A stretch of DNA of 64,000 bases from assembly GCA_043228905.1 (NCBI GenBank), contig JBHGNT010000009.1, forward strand, positions 20,832,001-20,896,000. Direction: 5' to 3'. The translations under genes were made by a program, and so were the position numbers. Each line of letters opens with the position of its first letter. The stretch's first letter is position 1. The notes below the pieces were generated by a model that was given only the letters and a program-made list of their open reading frames with translations, was not told the origin of the DNA and ran no database searches. Source of the stretch: Azolla caroliniana (Eukaryota > Plantae > Polypodiophyta). Shown one piece after another: positions 38,608 to 49,032 of this stretch.

Positions 38608-39704
38608 GGGAAAAGTACCAGGATACCCCTGGAAGTTCGTCTATTTACCAGAATGCCCTTGGAAGTTCCAAATTTATCAAATTACCCCTATGTCCAAAAA
38701 AATACACTTTATAAAGTAATTATACACTCAAATCTACAAGCCCTATTTACCAGAATACCCTTAAACCTAAATTTATTTACCATAATGCCACTATATATCT
38801 ATTTTGATCAATTTATACCACTTTTATTTTTCAAAATACATCATAAATCAAACTAAATTATCAAAAAATTTCAATCGAAAGGTCACCTTAAAATCCAATT
38901 CTATGAATTTACACCGAATTATACTGGCTTAATCCCATAAAACCAATTTTGTCATTGAAGTGACCAAAATTTAATCTTAAAACCAAAACATTTGATCGCA
39001 CACCAAATTTTACCATTGCGATGCCATTTTGAAGCCAAAATCCATGAATTTGCGGCCAAAATGTTAAACCAAATCTCATGAAAAACTTTACTACCAAAAT
39101 GTCATTTTAAACGAAATCTCACCTAACACTTGCTATTAAAATGCCATCTTAAACCAAATTACACGATTTTACACTCGCAAACCAAAATTAATTATCGAAA
39201 TGTAATAATTGCATGTTATTGAAATTGTTTGTGAATCCGCAAATTCATGGAATTTTGGCTTCAAAATGGCATCCCAATGGTAAAATTTGGTGTGTGATCA
39301 AATGTTTTGGTTTTAAGATTAAATTTTGGTCACTTCAATCACAAATTTAACTTTTATGGGATTAAGCCAGTACAACTCGGTGTAATTTCATAGAATTGGA
39401 TTTTAAGGTGACCTTTCAATTGAATTTTTTTATATATAATTTAATTTTGATAATTTAGTTTGATTTATGATGTATTTTGAAAAATAAAAGTGGTATAAAT
39501 TGGTCAAATAGGTATATAGTGGCATTATAGTAAATAAGTTTAGGTTTAAGGGTATTATGGTAAATAGAGCTTGTAGATTTAAGTGTATAATTTTACTTTA
39601 TAAAGTGTATTTTTTTGGACATAGGGGTAGTTTGGTAATTTTGGAACTTCCAGGGGCATTATAGTAAATAGACGAACTTCTAGGGGTATCCTAGTACTTT
39701 TCCC
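38608..39704. mobile_element. Mutator-type foldback MITE, 1097 bp, with about 450-bp TIRs
   Basis: Ends GGGAAAAGTAC...GTACTTTTCCC. Arms 38608-39055 and 39237-39704 are inverted copies. There is a perfect 9-bp TSD TTTAATTTA (38599-38607 / 39705-39713). Confidence 0.95.
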
Positions 39705-39728
39705 TTTAATTTAATGTATTTTTGTTTA

Positions 39729-40046
39729 GGAAAAAGTACCAGGATACCCTTGGAAGTTCGTCTATTTACCAAAATGCCCCTAGAAGTTCCAAAATTACCA
39801 AACTACCCCTATTTCCAAAAAATTACACTTTATAAAGGTAATTATACACTCAAATATTTGGTAAATAGGGCTAGTTCGAGTCCATTTCTTCTATCTTTGG
39901 TAAATAGGGCTTGTAGATTTGAGTGTATAATTACTTTATAAAGAACGTGTAATTTTTTGGACGTAGGGGTAGTTTGGTAAATTTGGAACTTCTCGGGGCA
40001 TTCTGATAAATAGACGAACTTCCAAGGGTATCCTTGTACTTTTCCC
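39729..40046. mobile_element. Short (318 bp) member of the same Mutator-type MITE family
   Basis: Same TIR sequence (GGAAAAAGTACCAGGATACCC...GGGTATCCTTGTACTTTTCCC) and a perfect 9-bp TSD TTTTGTTTA (39720-39728 / 40047-40055). Confidence 0.95.
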
Positions 40047-40305
40047 TTTTGTTTATTTAGATATTTAATTAATTTGATTTAAAAGTTTTATTAAATGGTT
40101 CAGTTTCATTTCAACTTTTCCGTAAACGGTTTAGTTTGGTTATTGTTTTATATAAACGGTTCGGTTCGGTTTCATCGCCGAACCGTGCTCACTATACATA
40201 AGTAGTTTTATGTACTTCCCAAAATTTCTCTGCTGAAGCTTGAGGAAAGGGATTGCAAGAGCAAGAAGAAAATAGAAAGAAAGAAAGGGATCAGAGCTCC
40301 TGGCT

Positions 40306-41083
40306 ATGGCGGCCTGTCTCTCTCCTTCCTCCTCCGACCACCTGCAGAAACAAAGAGATCCCCTGTGGTTACCTCTCACAGAAGTTGTTTGTTTCTCTTC
40401 CTCCTCCCTTGCAGCTTTGTTCAGACATCACTCGATTATATCTGCAAGTATCGATCATAAACTACCATCTCAGGGTCAGTCTTCTTCCTCTCTTCCATGG
40501 TCTCGTATCAGCAAGAAATGTTTTACGCTTTAAAGGACGGAGGAAGGAGAGCATAAATGACTAGAACCTCAATCAGAAGAATGAGAAGGAAGTGGTGAAA
40601 GTTTTCAGTTGTAAAGGCATTTTCAGGGAACAGAGGTTTGAATGTTATCAGCCGTACACCTGCCATAGATAGAGTGTTATCAGCCGTTGGATATTTCCTT
40701 CCATTCCTCGATGGGATGCAATACGGACACAGTTTCCTTCAATAGAGGTCATCGTCAGACCAATTGTCCCCCTCCTCCATCTCTACTCGAGCATCCCATA
40801 TGCAAATTTTGTGGTTTTCTTCACAATCTACCTTGCTCTTGTCAAAAACCCCAGCTTTCCAGGGTATGTCAGGTTCAATGCAATGCAAGCATGTGTCTTG
40901 GATGTTCTTATTGTTATACATCTCATCGTTCAGAGGATCTTCAGCCCAAAGAGTGGATTCGGTCTTGATCTTATCATCCTGTTCTACAATGTTGTCTTTG
41001 TTTCGCTTCTTGTGATTGTGGTTTTTGGCATGACTTATGATCTCTTCATGTTTCGTAGCTCTCATGATTGTTGTTTAAGTTGA
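40306..41083 (+). pseudogene. TIC20: TIC20-II/TIC20-V-like chloroplast inner-envelope translocon pseudogene
   Basis: DRVLSAVGYFLPFLDGMQYG, then a frameshifting deletion (about 40728), then QFPSIEVIVRPIVPLLHLYSSIPYANFVVFFTIYLALVKNPSFPGYVRFNAMQACVLDVL...GFGLD. There is an upstream in-frame TGA (about 40596), and the usual C-terminal G..P.IP.VADAA segment is absent. Confidence 0.82.
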
Positions 41084-42717
41084 CACGTGATGTTAGAATA
41101 AGAAATTTAGTTGGTACTCTATAAATGATTTGGGAATTGAGAAGTGCACATTAGCAGCTGAGGTCTAATATTATATCCAATTGTTTTCAGGGCATAATCG
41201 AAGCTCTCATATTTTAATACGTTCAGTCTATTTGAATGTCAGAAGGTGCTACCAGGCCCTAAATCAGCAGATATGGGAAATCATAAACTTAGAAGCTGTT
41301 TGTGCTAATGGTTTTTCACATGACATGTATATTTTGGATTCCTTGCTGAAGAATATATAGGTTTGGATGGCCATAGATTTATTGGAGATCTGTTGATTGA
41401 CTTAAAAGTTTCATAAGAGTGCAGTAAAGGGGAAATACTCCAATGCAAACTTGTATTTAAAAAGTGGCTTTTCTGAGAATCAGACGAAACCATTGCAGAA
41501 CTTATGTTTGTATAACTTTCATATGTGCAGGTAGGGATTGTGTACTTGAATAGCTTTGTGGTATTAGACCTGTGATTCATTCACCTTTATCAACATAATC
41601 TTCGCTTTCCATTGTGAACTGAGAAATGGTAATATATGTGTATAATTATATACATATGACGGAGACAAGTGCAAAATGTTATTTTTTTACGTGGTTGGTG
41701 TTTCTTAATCTTGTCAACTGATGTGGTTCAAAGCTTGCACATATTTTTGTTGAAGAATGTTAAAGAGAAGTGTTTAGTGAAATGATGTTCACTTCATTCT
41801 ATTAATTGCAGCTGTGACATTCTGTGTGTTGTGCAGACGACGAGGACGAAGACGAAAATCTTATGGTGGATCATGGCCATGTCCATGTCCATGTCCATCC
41901 TGATCCTGATCTCATGCTCATGGATTGCTCCTCCTATCCACCCCCATCATCTGAGAATTCCTTAGATCCCATCAGACCCTTCTCCATCTCCCTGGCACTG
42001 TTGATTATGGTGACTTCGATTGGAACAATGCTGTGCCTTACAAGCTACTCAGAGATGCGTGGATTCATGCCTCCCTTCTTCTGGTCGTCTGAGCTTTCAC
42101 CATCTCCTTTCAGTAACAAGTATCGTCTTCGTCAGTCCAGGAACTTGTGAAAAGGTTAGATTTTTTCACTGCATCTGTGTGAAGTGTCAGTTTCTTGGTA
42201 GGATCATAGCGTTTTGAACTGTGAAGGGGTTAATTTTAGTCCCTATATCTGTGTGTGTGTGCATGTTTCTTGTTCGACCTAGTACAAACTGTGGAGAGCT
42301 GAGATCTGATCACTGTCTCTATCTGCCTGTCTATTATTTGATTTCTGAATGTTTAGGAAAGCTTAGATTTGATCGCTCTTTGTCCGTCAGTTTCTTTTTC
42401 AAACTGTGAAAAATATTCACTATCTCTCTTTCTCTATCTGTTGCTTGGCTAACGTGTGAAAGGTTTAGATTTTGTTCACTCTCACACTCTGTGTGTGTGC
42501 ATTTCCTTTATCGAATATGTTACACCATACCACGTTTTGTACAATACTAGAACTCTTTTAGCTTAAGTTCTATTTTTATTTTATTTTTTTAGTTCTGATG
42601 ATTGGATAAATACCCCATTTTGTTGTACACCAATTATCTCATGGGCCAAATTTGGCCTTATAAGACGTTAATATATCTTTCTTTCTTTCTCTCTTACACA
42701 CACACAGTCTCTCTCTA

Positions 42718-42850
42718 TGTTTTGTATCACTCTGTCAATGGCCAGATTTTATCACTCACTCACTCACACGCACACACACATTGTGTTTTGTATCACTCTG
42801 TCAATGGCCAGATTTTATCACTCACTCACTCACACGCACACACACATTGT
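42718..42850. repeat. Perfect 66-bp tandem duplication in VMA12-like intron 1
   Basis: TGTTTTGTATCACTCTGTCAATGGCCAGATTTTATCACTCACTCACTCACACGCACACACACATTG occurs twice. Confidence 0.95.
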
Positions 42851-43274
42851 GTTACGCAATGGTCTCCTTCTTACCAATGTAAAAATGGTATTTGGTTGGC
42901 CTTTATATGCGCAAGGTTTGATTTTGATCACTTCTCTGTGCATAGATTACATCGTTAGCCAATGTTTTGGTTTTGATTAGATTAGCTTGTGTGCGTGTGT
43001 CACCTTTCAATTTGTTCCTATGTTTAATGTCTTTCTTGTCTTGCTATGCAAACGTGCATTATAAGTCTGTATGCTTCGTCAATTTCTCTCTTTGTGCATA
43101 AGGTCAGATTGTATTTTGAGTCCAAATGATGGAAATGCTATATTTGATCTCTCTTTCAAAATGCATAAGATTAAATAAGTATTCCAAAATGTGTATGATT
43201 AGATTAGTTTTGTATTTCAATATTGCTTAAATTTCTGTGATTTGATTACAATTGGGCCTTTACAGCCCAACACT

Positions 43275-46200
43275 TCAGGTGCTACAACCACCACCTAATT
43301 AGGGGTCACCGCCAAATATAAAAACCATGCCTGATGTTGAGCCGAAGGTATCAAGATACCCTCCCCCCCCAATCCGAATCCGTCCAACCAACTAGAGAAG
43401 TATCGATCCATCCACTAGGTTGTAATGAATTCTTGGATTGGAAGCTTAGATATGTGAGACCCATATCCTTGGTATATTGGAGATATCGTAGAACGCATTT
43501 AAGAGCTTGCCAATGTGCAAGTCCAGGATTTTGCATAAATCTAGAAAGAAATCTTGTACAATAAGAAAGATCGGTATGAGTGCAACTCACAAGATACCTT
43601 ATACAACCTAAGATTTGGTGTCCTTCTATGCGATTTCGGGTGACCTTGATTCCAAGACAATATTTGAGAGGTCCAAGATCTTTCATTGGGAACTTCTCCT
43701 TTAATTGATTTATTGTCTTCCTTATTGAAGCTATAGAATTAGAAGCAATCGGTAAATCATCCACATAAACACCAATAATTACATAGATGGCGCCTTCCTT
43801 GCGAATATAGATATTTGGTTCGGCTTGAAGACGATTGAAGCTGATGGAGATAAGATAAGTATGTAATTTGAAATGCCACATCTGCGAAGATTGTTTTAGA
43901 CCATATAATGATTTGTGGAGTTTACAAACATAGTTCGGAAATTGAGGATCTAAAAAGTAACTTGCTTGCTCCATATAAATCTCCTCCTTGAGATCTCCAT
44001 GTAGAAAAGCGGTCTCAATGTCGAGATGATGGAGTTCATGGTTAAGGCTCACGGAAATAGAGAACATTAGCCGTAGAGGCACCATTTTTAAGGTAGGTGC
44101 AATTGTATCTTTAAAATCTATGCCGGGGATTTGTGAAAATCCTCTACAACAACACGTGCCTTAAATCGAACCACAACGCCATGGGCGTCTGTTTTCTGGT
44201 AAGGACCCATTTGCATGAAATAACACTTCGATCTTTGGGGTGTGGAACTAAGGCCCAAGTCTTATTCCGACTTAAAGCATCCATTTTGGGTTGCATTGCG
44301 GCCTCCCATTGCATAGCATTGGGACAATGAAGAACCTTTTCTGGTGTTAAGTCAAAAACTTGATCGTGATCATCCATATCATTATTGTCGACATCAACCA
44401 ATAGCATTTCAATTGGTTTAGAAATCTCCATAAGTTCATTAATATTCTTAATTGTTCTTTTGATTTTGGTTTTCTTGATTTTAATTGTTGAAAATGCTCT
44501 TCATCCTTAAGATTTGAGTTTAGTGAAACACGAAGAAATGAGTTTTTGGAGAAATTTTTATGTGAGACATCCTTATTAGTTCCTCCGGGGTCGTTGAAAT
44601 TATCACCAACTTTAGGGGAGATATCAAGAGAGGATGAAGACGACAAAACATGAGTTGGAGTACATAGACTTTCTTCATTCATTTGATGAAGTTTTTCCAT
44701 TGGTGACTTTGATTGTTGTCCATCATCTTCATCTTTACTTGGTTGATTTGGATGGTAGTGGCGAACACTTGATTTAAATGGGATTTGATGATGATAATGT
44801 GTTACTTTACTTTGAATTGTTGCATCCTCGTCAAGCTTTCGCACTCGTTCTCTAGTAATAGCCTTTCTACTCTTTTCTATGCGAGATATTCAAAGGCATT
44901 AGTACGTTTGTATTAATATTTTGATGACAATGTTCTACCTTGGTTGGGATATTTGATAAGAGACTCTCCTCATCGAACATAACTGATTGGCTAAATAAAG
45001 ATTTCCTTGTCCTGAGATTAAATAATTTGTAGGCTTTGACTTTGGCCGATTCTCTATAACCAACGAAAATTCCTTTTCTAGCATGTGGATCTAACTTTCT
45101 CCTTTTCTCTTGTGGAATGTGACTGTATGCCGTGGCACCAAATACACGAAGGTGTGAAAGATTTGGTTTGTGGCCAAACCACATTGCATATAGAGTATTC
45201 AAACCAAGAGGTTTATGAGGTGATTGATTTTGAAGGTAGCAAGCGGTTGCAATCGCCTCTTGCCAAAATTGATTGTGAAGCCCCGAAACTTGTAGCATAC
45301 TAAGACTAGCGTCCAAGAGTGTTCGATTCTTACGTTCGGTGACTCCATTTTGTTGTGGATTATAAGGAACGGTATGTTCATGCCTAATGCCATGCTCTTG
45401 ACAAAACTTTATCCATACATGTGAGAAATATTCACCACCATTGTTCGTTCTTATTGTGTTTATTTTACTTTGACATTGATTTTCCACATAAACTTTATAA
45501 GTTGAGAAACCATTAAAATCCTCGGATTTTGCTTTCAAGAAATATATAATTGTGAATCTTGTATGATTGTCAATAAATGAAATAAAGTACTTGTTACCAA
45601 TGACGTGGTTGGCATTGGACCACATAAATATGAGTGAACTAATTGTAGCCTTCTTTCGGTTTGACTCACACATTGTTGGAATTGTTGACGACTTTGTTTT
45701 CCGAAAATACAACCTTCACATAATGGTAAGTGCCTAAAAGGTGTTGTTGGCATTCCTTCACTTAACTTGACAAAACTTTATCCATACATGTATGCCATGC
45801 TCTTGACAAAACTTTATCCATACATGTATGCCATGCTCTTGACAAAACTTTATCCATACATGTGAGAAATATTCACCACCATTGTCCGTTCTTATTGTGT
45901 TTATTTTACTTCGACATTGATTTTCCACATAAGCTTTATAAGTTGAGAAACCATTAAAAGCCTCGGATTTTGCTTTCAAGAAATATATAATTGTGAATCT
46001 TGTATGATCGTCAATAAATGAAATAAAGTACTTGTTACCAATGACGTGGTTGGCATTGGTCCACATAAATCTGAGTGAACTAATTGTAGCCTTCTTTCGG
46101 TTTGACTCGCACTATGTTGGAATTGTTGACGACTTTGTTTTCCGAAAATACAATCTTCATATAATGGTAAGTGCCTAAAAGGTGTTGTTGGCATTCCTTC

Positions 46201-47110
46201 ATTTAACTTGTGTATTTGAGTGGTTTTTCATCGACTTTGGATTCAAATGTCCAAGACGATAATGCCAAAAGTAGGGTGGTATTGGTGATGATGTTGCCTA
46301 ATGTTGTGTGTTGCCTAATGTTGTGTGTGCTTCAATTTGTGTTTCCTCCATCATTTGAAGAGGATAAAGGCGGCCAAGTTTTGGGCATGATGTTAACATT
46401 TCACCATTTGGTAGTTTATGTTTAATAATAGCACAATTTGAGTCGAATTCGATAATAGTTCCATATGTTGTTGCTTCACTAACTGATAATAATTTTTTTG
46501 TGATACTTGGAACATAGTGAACATTTGGAATTCTCATTGACCTTGTTTGATTAATGGAAAGGTGAACTCCTTTTCCAATTGTGGCTTTTGTGCCATTGTC
46601 TCCAAATTGAACTTCTAGGGCTCATGGAAGTGTTTTATAATTGTGGAGCAAGTTCTTGTTGTGAGGGAGATGGTGTGTTGCACCAGTGTCAAGCAACCAA
46701 AGATTTGAGGCATTCTCTGATTTTGCTACCGCCATATACGCTTCTATTTTGTTAAATCCACTTTCACCTTTTGTTTGTACTACTTCCATCTCACACATGA
46801 ATGCTTGTATAAAATTGTTGTCTCCATCTTCATATTCTTTAGTATTGGATTGTAATGAGGCATTGCTTGCTTGTGGAAAGAATCTTCTACCTTTTCCCTT
46901 TTGGTCGTATTGTTTCTTTTGACACTCGCGTTCAAGATGGCCCGGTTTGTTGCAATATCTACAAAAAATTGTAGACATGGTGATTGCACTTGCTCCTCCT
47001 TGGATGAAATTTTTGGAATGTCTTCGGCGTGTGGTAATTGCCTTTGTAAGAATTGCCTTTGTAATGATGCCTCATGGATGCCGCCATTGCCATGTGACTT
47101 GTGTCTGTTT
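43275..47110 (-). mobile_element. Degenerate Ty1/copia internal region (gag zinc knuckle, protease, integrase, RT, start of RNase H), with internal tandem duplication
   Basis: Motifs CRYCNKPGHLEREC, WLLDTGATHH, PQQNGVTERKNR, KTWALVP, LDIETAFLHGDL.EEIYMEQ, LHKSLYGLKQ, YVDD and GWTDSDWGG. It is a different family from the window-end elements. Confidence 0.93.
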
Positions 47111-47126
47111 GACCATTTGGTAGTTT

Positions 47127-48420
47127 ATGGTGAAATAAATGTTAACAACATCATGCCCAAAACTTGGCCGTCTTTATCCTCTTCAAATGATAGAGGAAAC
47201 ACAAATTGAAGCACACACAACATTAGGCAACATCACCACCAATACCACCCTACTTTTGGCATTATCGTCTTGGACATTTGAATCCAAAGTCGATGAAAAC
47301 CATTCAAATACACTAGGTAAGTGAAGGAATGCCAACAACACCTTTTAGGCGCTTACTTTCGGAAAACAAAGTCGTCAACAATTCCAACATAGTGCGAGTC
47401 AAACCGAAAGAAGGCTACAATTAGTTCACTCATATTTATGTGGTCCAATGCTAACCACGTTATTGGTAACAAGTACTTTATTTCATTTATTGACGATCAT
47501 ACAAGATTCACAATTATATATTTCTTGAAAGCAAAATCCGAGGATTTTAATGGTTTCTCAACTTATAAAGTTTATGTGGAAAATCAATGTCAAAGTAAAA
47601 TAAACACAATAAGAACGGACAATGGTGGTGAATATTTCTCACATGTATGGATAAAGTTTTGTCAAGAGCATGGCATTAGGCATGAACATACCGTTCCTTA
47701 TAATCCACAACAAAATGGAGTCACCGAACGTAAGAATCGAACACTCTTGGACGCTAGTCTTAGTATGCTACAAGTTTCGGGGCTTCACAATCAATTTTGG
47801 CAAGAGGCGATTGCAACCGCTTGCTACCTTCAAAATCAATCACCTCATAAACCTCTTGGTTTGAATACTCTATATGCAATGTGGTTTGGCCACAAACCAA
47901 ATCTTTCTCACCTTTGTGTATTTGGTGCCACGACATACGGTCATATTCCACAAGAGAAAAGGAGAAAGTTAGATCCACATGCTAGAAAAGGAATTTTCGT
48001 TGGTTATAGAGAATCGGCCAAAGTCAAAGCCTACAAATTATTTGATCTCAAGACAAGGAAATCTTTATTTAGCCGATCGGTTATGTTCGATGGGGAGGGT
48101 CTCTTATCAAATATCCCAACCAAGGTAGAACATTGTCATCAAAATATTAATACAAACGTACTAATGCCTTTGAATATCTCGCATAGAAAAGAGTACAAAG
48201 GGACTATTACTAGAGAATGAGTGTGAAAGCTTGATGAGGATGCAACAATTCAAAGTAAAGTAACACATTATCATCATCAAATCCCATTTAAATCAAGTGT
48301 TCGCCACTACCATCCAAATCAACCAAGTAAAGATGAAGATGATGGACAACAATCAAAGTCACCAATGGAAAAACTTCATCAAATGAATGAAGAAAGTCTA
48401 TGTACTCCAACTCATGTTTT

Positions 48421-48427
<7 letters not shown>
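47127..48427 (+). mobile_element. Inverted near-identical duplicate of the copia integrase region
   Basis: Reverse complement of approximately 46407 to 44638, with the tandem duplication collapsed to one copy. ORF 47438-48220 is nearly identical to ORF 45712-44867. Confidence 0.95.
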
Positions 48428-48455
<28 letters not shown>

Positions 48456-49032
48456 AATTTTTCACATGGTATCAGAGTGACATACATCACGTTAGATTGA
48501 TCCGGACAATCTATACAAGATGTCGTTGACCACCGATACAAAAAACCAATCGGACTTTGTTGGAAATCCAATCAATGTTGTATCATCAAATCAAATGGCA
48601 AGAAAGTATGTGGTGGAGAAACTCACCGATCACAATTATAGAATGTAGAGACGAGAATGGAGTTAATTCTCGAAAGAACAAATCTTATAGCAATCGTAAA
48701 TGGTTCTGAAGTCATTCCATCAACAGAACCGGAATTGAGCTATTGGAAAAGTAGAGATCTAGATGTAAGAATGGAGATAATCATGCATCTAAGTGATCGA
48801 CAAGTTGATCATGTTCAAAGTCTTGGATCCGCACGCAATGTGGGATCATCTTCAACAATTACACCAACCCTCCGATAGTACAATCAAAATCTTCTCCTAC
48901 TGAACCCTAATGAACATGGAGATATGTGAAGGAGAACCAACGGACACCTTCATAAGCAATTGGCAAGGACAACTCGATGCTGCAATCTCAGCAGGTAACA
49001 TTATTGATGAAAAATCAAAATGTGAAATCCAT
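48426..49032 (+). mobile_element. Copia LTR 3' end, PBS and gag N-terminus fragment
   Basis: (CT)n...TTTTCACA followed by TGGTATCAGAG (48467-48477), then gag-like VEKLTDHNY, MELILERTNL..IVNGSE, WKSRDLD.RMEI, with stops. Confidence 0.85.

Larger units (their letters stand above)
38359..40194. mobile_element. Non-autonomous hAT-like DNA element (outer host of two nested MITEs)
   Basis: Imperfect TIR CAATGGGCATGGTT (38359) / AACCGTGCTCACTA (to 40194). Subterminal AAACCG/CGGTTT/TGGTTT clusters occur at both ends. The flanking direct repeat is TACATAACTAG (38348-38358) / TACATAAGTAG (40195-40205). Confidence 0.7.

Noticed and set aside
41952-41954. U-to-C RNA editing rescuing the TGA in the VMA12-like gene
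   Set aside because: Reverse editing in ferns is organellar, this is a nuclear intron-containing gene, and it also has frameshifts.
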